Origin: Tubulanus polymorphus | Taxonomy: Eukaryota > Animalia > Nemertea | Length of the DNA stretch: 64,000 bases | Assembly: GCF_964204645.1 (NCBI RefSeq) | Contig: NC_134027.1 | Span: 7,782,485 to 7,846,484 of the forward strand | Direction: 5' to 3' | Shown here: positions 1 through 27,395 of the stretch, in pieces | Layout: each line of letters begins with the position of its first letter | Position numbering within the stretch: the first letter of the stretch is position 1 | Notes under the pieces: model-generated | The model's database searches: none | What the model was told of the DNA's origin: nothing | The model's input: the letters and a program-made list of their open reading frames with translations, nothing else | Translations under genes and position numbers: made by a program

Positions 1-341
1 CGTACTGAGATTGCGTTTAATAAGCCTCGTATTTCAATACGGAACTGAATAAGCCGCGAATAGGCCTCGAATAATTTTTCAAGTGTGAATGCGTAATACC
101 GTCCTGAAATCCTAGTGCGAACGCAGCTATTGACGTACACAAAGCTTCTTGAATAATTGATAAAGAAAAATGCTCTATCAACAGGCAGGCTGTAAGCCTA
201 TAGAACTGAAAATCTAGAAAAGAGATGCTTTTTCAGAAGGATGCAGCAATTTCTGAAATTCAAATTAATTTCATTAGTTCAGCATTAACTCCATACACAT
301 GGCAGGCCATAAGTTAACTTTTTTTGTTAAATGAAACAACT

Positions 342-552
342 AACCCTTTCAGTGTGTCTACACCGTAGAGCAGTGTGTAAATCGGTGATGGACTTAGCTA
401 ATACACCACGGTCAATTGACCATTAGCTGCATCGCAGTTTAGATGCACTATAGCGGTATGCCCATTATACAACGCACTGGGACAGAATCCTCCAAAATTT
501 TCAAATCATCTCCAGCACTTAAGGGTAAGAATCAGTCAGCACTGAAAGGGTT
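342..552. mobile_element. MITE with piggyBac-like CCCTT termini, in a DSTYK intron
   Basis: Inverted termini AACCCTTTCAGTG (342-354) and CACTGAAAGGGTT (540-552). The expected TTAA target duplication is degenerate (CTAA/TTGG). Confidence 0.5.
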
Positions 553-931
553 GGTTGAACTGCTGGAATAACTTTACAAGAACAGGTTAACAAACACAAT
601 ACAAACCAATTTGTTTATCCAGAGTTCTCAATACTGTTATACATAAGAATAAGATATCAGATTGAATGATTTATGATGTCGCCAGGTTAACCTTAAGTTT
701 TAAAACAAGCAACATAAATGAAGCCGCAAGTTATTTAATACAGTTCATAGATAGGCAATATATGTTTGCAGCATTAAGAACTTGATAAACTTGTAATTGT
801 ACTTCTCTAAAGTCAATAAAAATGTGAACAAGTGAACTAGAAAAGTTGAGCTCAGCACTTAGGTTCATGGCGTTGTTCAAAAATGACATGTGGCAATTTT
901 CTAGTTTGGTTTCTTTAAGAACAAGACTTAC

Positions 932-3900
932 TTTGTATAATAGAATTCTAATGCGAGATCGTTCCAGTGTTTGTCGTCGGGTGGTACAACCGATTTGATG
1001 GCGCACGGAGAATGTCCTGCCCAGTTTTCGCATGAATACACCACGCCATACTGTCCTCGACCGATTTCCCGCCCCATCTGTGGCATACCTATAAGAGACA
1101 AAAAAAATGAATTAAGTACGACATTTGATTGAATCTAACTAAATGTCATGCAGGATTTATGAATATTTCCATCATGAAAAGGTAACAGACAGGTTCTGAA
1201 ATCAAAAGAACTACTTACCAAACATGATCATATCTTTAAGCGAAACACTTTCCAGAGCCATCCTAGCTACGAGTGGTGCGTGTACTTTCCGCACACGTAG
1301 TCGTTGTTCTTCAGTTTTTTCGAGACGACCGGAATGACGCGCTTCAAGTTGACGCAGAGCGGTGGCGAACGCTTCATGCGAATTCTTCAATCGCTCTTTG
1401 ATCTGAACACATATACTCTTTGCTAATCTGTAATGAATATGTGATGATATAATAGACATAAGGGTTAAAATAATAATCCAGGTCCCAGTTTGAGTATGAT
1501 TGAGCTGCAAAGAAACCTGTTGGTCTTACTTTGTTTCACTGAGACTGCTGATCATATCACAAGCCACTGTTTTCTTCCATTCTCGGTCAATTTTTGGCGG
1601 CGTATTCCAAGGCATTGATTGAACGAGCTGAAAAAGAAGTTACATCATGTCAGCACTATCAGGCAGAAACGATTCAGTCTTCCAAGGTAGTATACATTAG
1701 GAATTCCCTTGCTCTCCCTGATTATATTGATACTTAGGGGTGAAGCTTTTAACGTCATTCGATTTAAAATGCAACCACTTATTGAAAACTGTTGTTGAGA
1801 AGACATAGATTGAAGTTCGAGAAGAGAGAAAAGTGGCAATTAACAAGACTGGGGAGCATAGAGCAGGGACTATGTATCATTTTTTACCTCTTTCATTTTT
1901 TCAAGAAGTAGCATCATTAGTGATGAACTAGTTCGCACTGTTATTTCCACTTGATAAGCTGCATTGAGAATCTATGTAAAATAAATATATCGTATGAAAG
2001 TATTCAAAAATGAAGCCTCAAAGTGGTTCAATCTTAGCATCTGTACGGCCCCTTATCTAAAGGTAAATATATATATCTAGGAAGTCTGCAGATGTTGTCC
2101 CCCATTTCCAAGTTATTACTTGCTTCAAATTAACTAGTATATCTAGAGGGTTCATTCAATGGAAACATGTCCAAAAGGCTTCATTTCCTCACAAGATTAC
2201 AGGTCAACATTCTTTTTAATTTGATACACCTCGTGTCAAGAGTCAATTTAACTGTCGTCATAATGTATTTCAACAAAATGAAAGGTCAGACTACCACTGA
2301 TGAATCACAAGTGTCAATTCAACTGTCATCCAAATTTATTTCAAAATAAAAGGTCAGACTACTACTGGTCTCATATCAAAATGTTTCGTTATCTCCTCCA
2401 ATTGAAATGGCCTGGAAAATTCTGTCTAGCGTCACATTTCAAATCTCTTATCACAATCAATGAGTTGACTAAAATTCTCTCTTTTTCATTTATTCTTATT
2501 AAACAGTTAGATAATGCTAGGGAATAATTCTGAAATTTTCAACACGATCTATCGGGCTTGTCATTTATGTATACTAAGCTCAGGAACTGTACGGTATAGG
2601 CCTGTGCCAATGAGGTATAAAATCAATAGGCCTATATTTATATAGGTTAACAGCCTGTAGACTATGGGTATGACAAATATAAAACTAACTACATTGCAAC
2701 AAGCCACTTTTTCTATGATACATCATGAAATTCATGAAAACATTCGAACAGATGATCTAGTGCAAATGAAGCGCAAGAGTCATCATACGTACCAAAAACA
2801 AAATTTATGGAAAAACAACATTTTCCAAATCTATATGATAACAGTATATAATAGAAACCACATACGATAAGATATTCATCTATGTCATGGCTATTGTTTA
2901 ATAGTTGTAGATTTAGATAAATGGCAGCGGTCTCAAGAAACACATAAATAAGAAACATGTACGTCATGAACTAGGACAATTTCTGGAAAATACAGTAATC
3001 AACGACCTGGAAATTCACCGCAGTCATCTGAGAACGTATCATGAGCTTTTAATGTTGCAATCGATTGTGGTCATAAAATATGCATCAGTAACAATATAAA
3101 TGGAAATACCACGTTAAATGACTGAAGTCTCAATTGAGCTAAAAATTAGCATATTTTCACACTCCATAAAATGCATTGATTTATGAAATTCTTTGCTCAT
3201 TCAACCTAACGGTATTTCTCAAACTATATAGAACCTTTTAAGGTGAATGGTTACTGAGTTTGACCTCGGGTTCTATTCATGTCAATTATGACCACTATAA
3301 ACAGTAAACACTCACAAAGGATTATTCTAAGTAGTAGAAGGAATGCCTTTCTTTATACCTGTTTCAGTGCCTCCGATGTATTCATTGATTCACCATTTTC
3401 TCGGTCATTTCGTTCTAAGCTTTCCAAACATCTCGTCAGCGTTCCTGGTTAATAAATCACCAATATCAATATACATATTTAACATAACTTGACTGTCACA
3501 TTAACCTTTTAAGTCTCACAAAAAAAGAGTTCAGAAAAATTAGATAGTCTACAACTCTACATTTCGTCACAAAATGGAATATACAAAGTTCACAAAACAA
3601 CAGGAAATAGATGAACTTTGCTTGTTGATTGAACTTGTTGCAGGTATTCAATAATCACTGATTGTTTTTGTCAAATTTTGATCAGATTCAAAGAATAAAA
3701 ATTGATTACTTGAAAAGGTTGTTTTTAATTCAAATCGGTAGGAAATTGATTGAAAAGTTCATATTTTGAACGAAATTCTATACAAAATGAGGAAGGGATC
3801 AATAGATACTGTTTGACTAGTAAGTAGGTCTGTGTCAAAGTTATTTCAGCAATTTGAGGTCAATTTTTAGATTAATTACCTGTATAGCTATCTCGTAGTA

Positions 3901-6900
3901 CATCCACTGAGCCGACCAATTTAACCGCAATCGCATTATTCAATTTACCCAGTATCAACTCTTTAATTTGTCCTGTACAGGTTTTGATATCTTTGGCTGA
4001 AGTTATTTGACCGTCCTCTGTACTGTCTATACCTGAATAAATGTAACAACATTCAATATTCAACATTCAATGAAATGCATCGCAAAATTTATCTATTATT
4101 TCAGGAGAATTGAAGTATTAATGTATAAGAATAGGTAATGAACAATCTAGATAGGAATTTGAAATTCCATTTGATGAAACTTAATCAGTTAAATCATGGA
4201 CGTAAAACGATATCATCTATTATACATTCATGGTTTAATGCAAAATGCAGTGATGAGCTGTTACACGTTAAATCAGTCAGTCACACTTCGTTGAAATCAG
4301 TTCATATGCAATTAATAATGACAAAGATATTCACGCTTTACAGCTGCGAGATATTGCATAGATACACACAGTTCTGACAGTCTTTCATTGGCATTATTTC
4401 TTATTCATTATTGATTTGTCTGTGAGGATGTCGGACAGATTCTAATTACATTTAGGCCTACTGAGAAAAAAATTGTTGCTAGCAAACCAGACAGATCTTC
4501 ATTCGCCAGAGTACCGTAACCAGACTCAATGACTTTGATAAACAGGTCAAAAAGCAGCTCTGAAATACGGATGACAGAATAAAGGTTCAACGTACCGTTA
4601 AAATCATATTCAGCGGCCATCGTTAACAAAGTATCCTTCATGTTTGAGATAGTATCGATGATCAACGTACGTATTTCATCCTGTTTTTTCACGGCTATGT
4701 CCATTAACGACAGATAGAGTTCATTTTCTTTTTCGCGGGCGAATTCCAACTTTCGCGGCGTGACCATCATGTCGCGCGCCATGTCGAACGCGGTCATTAT
4801 GAAATTACGCAGGCAACGTGTGTGCGCGATGTTCAATAATGTCGCCGCGCGAATCAAGTGAGTTTGTAAGACCTGACGCACAAATAATAATAAATAAGTA
4901 GTGAAGTTTTCGAATTTCTCCACATACTCGCTGTCCATTTCCGCAGTTGTCGTGTCGCCAGAACTTATTCGCATACGAGTGTTGTCTTTTGGCACCAGAC
5001 TCAGGTATCCGATATCGCATAGTTGGTGGAAGATGTTCACCGACGCGTGGTCACGTGACGTCGACGACGGAGCCGTTTGTTGGTATTCCGTCGCAAAATG
5101 ACGCGACGATACTGGTACAGATTTACCATGACGTGCCGATTCGGTGAGTTCTACTGAGTCCGCATAAGACGGAACTTGCACAAAAAACACAGGGGTTTTC
5201 GGAGCCATAGTTTTCAGTTCTTTTAATTCTTCAATGTCCTGAACAGAAGAAAACAAAAACACAATGAAAATAAACAATATGAAAAACATTTAGAGCAAAC
5301 ATCATCAGAAAAGCACCAGTCTCCAAAATCTAATTTTGAATTGAAGGTGCCATGAATGGAATCAAAATCAACAACAAATATATCACATACCTTTTGATAT
5401 AATTGGTCAGCACCAATCGCATATATAAGTATTGGCAGTACATCCTCCGTACATTTCTGATAAACTTGTTCGATTGTTCCCTCGTAATCCATTCGACACG
5501 GCGACATGACGACCTGCGTGCCGTCCTTCAACAGCGGATGATTCAGCGTCACCTCCAGCGTCGCTCTACCGTGCGCAACGTCCTTCGTATCATCGTCGGA
5601 GATTTTAAGGTCGGCGATGGGTACTGTACGCCATGACTGATTGTACGCGGCGAGGTTATCGACGAGTTCGTAACTACCCGGCAAACTCAAACTCAAATTG
5701 TTCTGATTGCCGTATTTAAAACGTACCATGCGCCACGTCACTTCCTCGTGGTCTTCGACCAACGGTAAAATAGTCTGCGAGAATAGATCGTTAATGATGT
5801 TCGCTTTCGCGTTCGAAGTTTGACCCAAAACGACTATGCACTGTGGCTGGTTGATGATGTTCTCAATTTCTTCTTCTTCTTCCGGATAGAGATCGGCGGA
5901 CAAAATCTGATCTGAAAAAACCCGATTCAATACACTATGAGAATTCAATACACTATGAGAATGAAGAAACGCTGTCTACACTGGCATTATTATTAATCCT
6001 CGCTTGGTATAAACCCATTTTGGTTCTATAGCCAATTCAACCACTTAAGACTTATGAACAGGTGGGATATTGAACCACAGATTGAAGAGGTCTCGATTAT
6101 TAGTTACCACAGGACCTTACGAAACGATGAAAGTTGGGACCTGAGCCTGCCCAATAGATTCACCAAGGTTTTGCCATAAATCTATTGGATATGTTACTGT
6201 TTTATGCATAGGTCTTCTGTCTAGCAAACAAACCACACTATGTATAGGCAACAATATGAACCCTAACAAGTCTTCATAAGTAGGATAACATATATGCAAT
6301 AGTACTGCCCTTCTTTGGGTTCCTCTGCCAAAATTCAAATGCTAGGTACGATCCTAATATTGTGTATTTTTCTCAATATAATCAAATCAATTGGCAGCAA
6401 AATGGCTTCGATACGCAATGTATATACTAATCTCTCAGCTACAGCCACGCCCCATGCTGCATTACGTCCATTCATTTATGAATGAAAATCATTTTTCACT
6501 GGCATCTGTTCTGTACACGACATCAACATCGAGTTAACACGTGAATGAACGAGTACTATACTACAGTGTTAGACAGCTGATTGCATAGGGTGCAAATTGA
6601 AAATCGATAAACAGTTTTTCAAACATTAAAGCATTCCTTTGTGTCGACTATCATTCACCTTTTCTTGTCATTTTCGACCAAGGAAATACAAATATGTCAT
6701 AGGCTCCCATACAGAAATTTTTAAAAGAGAGATGGCGAAATCATCAGAACATGCTGTCGATACAAATGTCCACCTATCATGATAAAGCCTAACCAAAGGA
6801 TTAAGGACATTTCGAAATGTCAGAATTTCATCATCGGAAGTTTTTCAGTTTATGTATGGCTTAAACAGATGTTTCATCATATTGTCCACCGACATGAACC

Positions 6901-8757
6901 GTGTTAAAACACATGTGGGGAGGATTTATTTAAAATACGGAATATAAATAATAACAAAATGTCGAAATCAGCAAGAATTTCAACATTCCTTGCATAATCA
7001 CAAGGCCTAACGCTCGTCACAATTCACAAAAGGCCTAGTGTGTACATTGTACGTACCTAATAACAGAAAACACAAACATGATTTCTATGGAATTTTAGCT
7101 ATTGCTGACAGAAGATTTTAACATCTACTATGCCAAGGTCTCCATGAAAGAAAGGAGTTTCGATTTTCATTTCAATGATAAAGCTACGCTATTCGGGAAG
7201 ATACAAACAGCTCGGATGTAATATGATCATTCTATTAATATTGCAACGAAGAATATTTCAAGGAATTTTCTAGGAATCGCATTTAATTGACGTCAGGAGG
7301 AAAAAACCTCATAAACAAAGAACATCTGGCAGAAAATATGTTACATTTTATGAATTCAGAGTGCCACTCCGGCCTTGCGTTCGGCTATTATCATGATTAT
7401 AAATGAGCTTGAAATGAGATTCTAGGAATTCAGATTTGTTCACTTAAAAAAACAACCACGGAACAATCATTAGCCCAAATGATGATGACAATGATGATGA
7501 TGTCTAGATTTTCTCGAGCAATTGAGAATTGAAGAAGCGGCTAGGCTACCAAGATAATCGCTAAAGATCATATCACAGTAGTTTGTTATATCGTCTTTTT
7601 TGGTTTTCTGATAGAAACTGGGTAAATGAACCACGTAAAAAGAATAAACCCACGTGCAATGGAATGGATAGAAGAGGCCCAGTAAATGGTTTGGGATCTC
7701 TAGGCCTATGCCAGGATTCTGGCACCCTTACCACAGGTCTGAAGCATCACCGCCACCACATGAGAATTTAAGCTAGTAGAGCTACCACCAACACCTGGTC
7801 CAGATTTTCTTTTCCTGAAATCTAAATCATTGAAATATGTAACGCACAGGCATATATAGATATCAATTTTCAATGTCATATTTTAGGACGTAATCATGAC
7901 CTTGAGCGGTAACGTCATATCATAAACTGTGATATCCTAAAACAGTCACAAATACAGCTCCATAGAGCTAAAAATGTCCCGAAAATAATTTTGTCACACT
8001 GATTGAAGCAATTGAAATGCTAATCTTATTTTTGTATAGGCCTATCTAGATTTCATACAATGTCATGTCTACACAAACTATGGTACGGTATTGTGGGATT
8101 AGGATTTGACCCATGACTGACCGAATGACCTGTCTCTATCTGTGGTTTAGTTTCATTACACATTAGGTAGGCTAACTAATTAAAATTTGTCTAGACTGAG
8201 TGAAGACCTCTACACAGTTCCGAGGGAGTGCTTTAGTGTAAGCAGGCATATGTGAGGAAAGTGTTTGGCAGAAATAAAAGGGATCAAACTAAAACACCAA
8301 ACACTGTCAGACTGAGATTCAGTCAGTTCAGGCTTGTCACAAGCTTGGCTAGTGTAAGTGTTGACGTACTAATTTTACCTTACCTACCCGATGGGCATTA
8401 TGATTGTGGGCTTTAAAATGGGGATTTGCCAGGACATTCAGGCCAGCGACTTCCTTGACAGGGCCGAAGTCATAGGCATGAACCTGGAAGGCTTCGTGAC
8501 AATACCTTTAAATCCTTTTTGACAGGTCGAGTTATGAGTACCTGGCCAACACATCTCTACGTTATTCTTTCAGCCATACCATTTTTTATTTCTCTGTCAT
8601 GCAAATACGTACCCTTCCACCAACGGTACCTACCTCCATCTTGATAACCGCATTGGTTTATGTCTTGAAACGTGCATTTCGTGTCCCTTAAAATGTGTCG
8701 TAGTTGCCTGGTATGTCTGCAAAATTTGCTAAGCTCGTACGGCAAATTCGTAGCCAT
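932..8757 (-). CDS. DSTYK: Dual serine/threonine and tyrosine protein kinase, 5' part; the gene continues beyond the window start
   Basis: Phase-consistent GT-AG exons 8757-8634, 5911-5391, 5238-4596, 4032-3880, 3444-3359, 1971-1888, 1627-1530, 1427-1219, 1088-932. Translation has DSTYK hallmarks: [68 protein letters not shown] and the kinase N-lobe [37 protein letters not shown]. Confidence 0.95.
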
Positions 8758-9034
8758 TTTCTTCTCCTTCCTACTAGCGCCAGCTGTTTTGGAGTGGTTA
8801 CTGCGAAGTTGCGGCCTTCCCGAAAACGGTGAACGTCGCATAACTCGAGATATCAAAAATACCGGTTGAATGTTCAATTTTGTCACTGATTATGCTTTCA
8901 TAAATCCATTTTATGAGAATATCGCATCGAATTGAATAAATCTTCGATAATGACCGACCGAATGGCAGAAACGTGGACTTTGCACTTCGACCTAAAAGCT
9001 TCAATTTAGCTTCGCCTGAATGACGACAGCATCG

Positions 9035-9145
9035 GTTCAACCAATTAAAACCACGCGCACAATGACCCGCCCACCTGAATTACAAAAGACGCCATTTGAT
9101 TGGCCAGTTCCCTGCTAGCAGACAAATGCGGAAGTACATGGAGTA
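9035..9145. promoter_or_regulatory. Candidate bidirectional promoter between DSTYK and the POMGNT1-like gene
   Basis: CCAAT boxes in opposite orientations (CCAAT 9041, ATTGG 9099), GC-box-like CCCGCCC at about 9066, YY1-like CGCCATTT at about 9089 and ETS-type CGGAAGT at about 9129, lying between head-to-head genes. Confidence 0.45.
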
Positions 9146-9161
9146 AAGTTACTTGATTGAT

Positions 9162-12100
9162 GTCTGTCTGCAGAGTTTCCGGAACCTGTCATGTCAGGTC
9201 TTAAGACCTGACATGACAGGTCTGACCTGTCATGTCAGGTCCCGAAAAAACCCAAACTCATGACAATATTTGACGAAACGGCGAAATATCTAGACATGTG
9301 CTAGACGAATGGAAGAACATTTTGAGTTGAATGAATATTCTGACCCGTCGTTAATATCGAAAATGATTCAACAATAACGATAAGGAAAATGTTCTGACAA
9401 ATAATTCATTTGAAAGGCTGATTTATAAGAAGAAAATATTAATGTGTAAACTATGACTTATTACTGTATTTAAGGGAAAAAAATAAGTTTTAATTTAGTA
9501 GATGAATTAATTAATGTAGAAGTAAGAGCACATTGTAAGAGAATATTTTCGCTAGATGAATCGAGGTCTTGATATTTCGTTTCCGCAATAAGACACTGAA
9601 AATTAACTGCTCACTATCACAGTTCGGCAACACTCCTCACTGTCATCAGTCATGAAGTCTCACTATTTATATTCATTGTCTTTATGATGTACATGTAAAA
9701 GAGCCGAATGCAATATAGAAACTGATTTTATTGAGACTGATCATCAATTTAAAGCATGAAGTTTTTTTTCAATTTATACCAGTTTTAATGCAGACCTGTC
9801 ACCTCAGGTCCCGAGAAGCTCTGCAAAATGGCGCGAGCTGCCGTGTGAGGTCTCACTTCATAATTATTGTTTTATAGTAACTTAAGATTAACTCTATCAA
9901 TGGTTAGCAATTTATATCATACTTATTACTATATAAAGGTTATAAAAAGTAAAGTTTTTTCCAATTCATCAGTTTTAGTGCAGACCTGTCACAACAGGTC
10001 CCGAGAAGCTCTGCAAAATGGCGCGCGTTGCCGTGTGAGGTCTCGCTTCAAAATTATTGTTTTATAGCAACTTAAGATTAATTCTATCCATGCTTAGCAA
10101 TTTATATTATACTATTTACTATAAAGAGACCATAAAAATTAAAGTTTTCCTTCATTTCATCAGTTTTAATGCAGACCTGTCACCACAGGTCCCGAGAAGC
10201 TCTGCAAAATGGCGCGCGTTGCCGTGTGAGGTCTCGCTTCAAAATTATTGTTTTATAGTAACTTAAGATTAACTCTATCTATGGTTAGCAATTTATATTA
10301 TACTTATTACTATATAAAGGTTATAAAAAGTAAAGTTTTTTCCATTTTATCGGTTTTAGTGCAGACCTGTCACCTCAGGTCCCGAGAAGCTCTGCAAAAT
10401 GGCGCGAGCTGCCGTGTGAGGTCTCGCTTCAAAATTATTGTTTTATAGCAACTTAAGATTAATTCTATCCATGCTTAGCAATTTATATTATACTATTTAC
10501 TATAAAGAGACCATAAAAATTAAAGTTTTCCTTCATTTCATCAGTTTTAATGCAGACCTGTCACCACAGGTCCCGAGAAGCTCTGCAAAATGGCGCGCGT
10601 TGCCGTGTGAGGTCTCGCTTCAAAATTATTGTTTTATAGTAACTTAAGATTAACTCTATCTATGGTTAGCAATTTATATTATACTTATTACTATATAAAG
10701 GTTATAAAAAGTAAAGTTTTTTCCATTTTATCGGTTTTAGTGCAGACCTGTCACCTCAGGTCCCGAGAAGCTCTGCAAAATGGCGCGAGCTGCCGTGTGA
10801 GGTCTCGCTTCAAAATTATTGTTTTATAGCAACTTAAGATTAATTCTATCCATGCTTAGCAATTTATATTATACTATTTACTATAAAGAGACCATAGAAA
10901 TTAAAGTTTTGCCTCATTTCATCAGTTTTAATGCAGACCTGTCACCTCAGGTCCCGAAGCTCTGCAAAATGGCGCGCGTTGCCGTATGAGGTCTCGCTTC
11001 AAAATTATTGTTTTATAGTAACTTAAGATTAACTCTATCTATGGTTAGCAATTTATATTATACTTATTACTATATAAAGGTTATAAAAAGTAAAGTTTTT
11101 TCCATTTTATCGGTTTTAGTGCAGACCTGTCACCTCAGGTCCCGAGAAGCTCTGCAAAATGGCGCGAGCTGCCGTGTGAGGTCTCGCTTCAAAATTATTG
11201 TTTTATAGCAACTTAATATTAATTCTATCCATGCTTAGCAATTTATATTATACTATTTACTATAAAGAGACCATAAAAATTAAAGTTTTCCTTCATTTCA
11301 TCAGTTTTAATGCAGACCTGTCACCACAGGTCCCGAGAAGCTCTGCAAAATGGCGCGCGTTGCCGTGTGAGGTCTCGCTTCAAAATTATTGTTTTATAGT
11401 AACTTAAGATTAACTCTATCTATGGTTAGCAATTTATATTATACTTATTACTATATAAAGGTTATAAAAAGTAAAGTTTTTTCCATTTTATCGGTTTTAG
11501 TGCAGACCTGTCACCTCAGGTCCCGAGAAGCTCTGCAAAATGGCGCGAGCTGCCGTGTGAGGTCTCGCTTCAAAATTATTGTTTTATAGCAACTTAAGAT
11601 TAATTCTATCCATGCTTAGCAATTTATATTATACTATTTACTATAAAGAGACCATAAAAATTAAAGTTTTCCTTCATTTCATCAGTTTTAATGCAGACCT
11701 GTCACCACAGGTCCCGAGAAGCTCTGCAAAATGGCGCGCGTTGCCGTGTGAGGTCTCGCTTCAAAATTATTGTTTTATAGTAACTTAAGATTAACTCTAT
11801 CTATGGTTAGCAATTTATATTATACTTATTACTATATAAAGGTTATAAAAAGTAAAGTTTTTTCCATTTTATCGGTTTTAGTGCAGACCTGTCACCTCAG
11901 GTCCCGAGAAGCTCTGCAAAATGGCGCGAGCTGCCGTGTGAGGTCTCGCTTCAAAATTATTGTTTTATAGTAACTTAAGATTAACTCTATCTATGGTTGG
12001 CATTTTATATTATACTCTTTACTTTAAAGAGACCATAAAAATTAAAGTTTTCCTTCATTTCATCAGTTTTAATGCAGACCTGTCACCTCAGGTCCCGAAG

Positions 12101-12758
12101 CTCATCAAAATGGCGCGCATTGCCGTGTGAGGCCTCACTAATTAATCAGTGTTATGTCTAATTTATCTATGTCAACTTATAAGCTTGGACTGAAATGTTT
12201 TTAAATTGTATGTACACTTGGTTAATTAATTATATTGCGAGTAATTAATAAAAATATATAATAATATAGGGCCTAATCTTAATGAGTATAATGATTGTTA
12301 TTAATACTGATTATGATTACATAAGGCACTACTGGTATCATTTTGCCTGATCTTGATATTTTTATGTTTCGTGTTACAAAAAAATAAATTAATTGTAAAC
12401 AATTCGTTCAATGTTCTCCAATAATTCACAATCATTCCATCTTTATTATCATAAGGCGATATAGTTCAACAACTTTTTATAAACGGACAAACATAAATTC
12501 TTAAATGAATTCATAACACATCCTAGTTTGTTTTTTGTTTTTGAATAATATATTCAGAAAGCACTACAATATGTTCTTTGTGTTCTTATCGGCTATCATT
12601 TGTTCTAAATCCGCGCCTATCATATCTTCTAATCGCCTATCATCGGTTCAGTCATAACGATTTTCATTTTAGCGAATCGACCTGTCACCTGAGGTCCCAC
12701 CTGTCATGTCAGGTCTTGGGCCCTGACATGACAGGTTCTGGAAACTCTGCAGACAGAC
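9162..12758. mobile_element. Non-autonomous TIR element, 3.6 kb, containing a tandem satellite array
   Basis: 37-bp inverted termini 9162-9198 and 12722-12758 match at 36/37 positions. Each end has three copies of an ACCTGTCA..CAGG-type motif. No transposase ORF. Confidence 0.8.
9757..12138. repeat. Tandem satellite, about 12.5 units of 190/191 bp organised as a 381-bp A/B dimer
   Basis: Core CAGACCTGTCAC at 9791, 9981, 10172, 10362, 10553, 10743, 10934, 11122, 11313, 11503, 11694, 11884, 12075. The AT-rich parts alternate between two variants, and the dimers are near identical. Confidence 0.97.
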
Positions 12759-13425
12759 CTAAATGAGTTACTTCCTTGTTTTGGAATTGGAGATGTTTTG
12801 TTGATGTTGGTCTTTCTAAATTGTGTAATGTAGCCTAATCCTTGTTTCTCGGGACAAACTCATGATGCCGAATCTGAATGCAAAATGACCTAATGATCTT
12901 CTTAACTTAAGGTTAGGAAAGTTCCAGAAATTCCATGAAAATGTCCACTACACACTGACACCCCAGCCAGCTTCTTCTTAGAAACTAAAGACTAGAGCAA
13001 AATGCAGACTTTCTTTCTGGTTGGTAATTCATGCCACCTAAATGCTAGGCCTACTACAAAACTACCCACTTACTGGTTGTTGATCAGCGATTAAGAGTAC
13101 TATATATAGGTTTAGCCTTCAGACTCAGTATTTTAGCCTGCTGGTTGATGCAATCCAGAGGCCTACTTCCGTCTGGGCTGGGCGGAGGAGTCTGTACCGA
13201 CCATCCATCAGGTTCAGGATTCTGGTCATGGATGCAATAGCAGAGTATTCCTGAGTGGTGGAAAAATCAAAACCTGTTTAACTTGCCACAATTATCTGGG
13301 TGCAGATTTTATTTGTAATTTCAAAATCATCTTTGATTTCATAATTCATGCCCTGCACACAGAAAACCAAATTGATGCAGAAAATTTTCTCAAAGTGAAT
13401 AAAAAAACCATTTTGCCTGTTTCAG

Positions 13426-27395
<13,970 letters not shown>

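Noticed and set aside
4408-5948. The 293-aa and 241-aa ORFs read as standalone genes with hydrophobic ends
   Set aside because: They are DSTYK exons 3 and 2 read through into T-rich intron sequence, so the apparent signal or TM segments are intronic.
5925-5960. 18-bp tandem duplication ATTCAATACACTATGAGA near the DSTYK exon 2 acceptor
   Set aside because: Ordinary slippage-type duplication; the acceptor is intact.
6117-6338. ORF ending [14 protein letters not shown], faintly like a CR1/L2 LINE C-terminus
   Set aside because: Too short and degenerate, with no reverse-transcriptase motifs nearby.
9867-11970. Eleven repeated 66-69 aa ORFs, and a superficial resemblance of the array to CRISPR
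   Set aside because: The ORFs start at TTG and merely follow the satellite period. The sequence between the conserved cores alternates between two variants instead of being unique spacers, there are no cas genes, and the context is eukaryotic.
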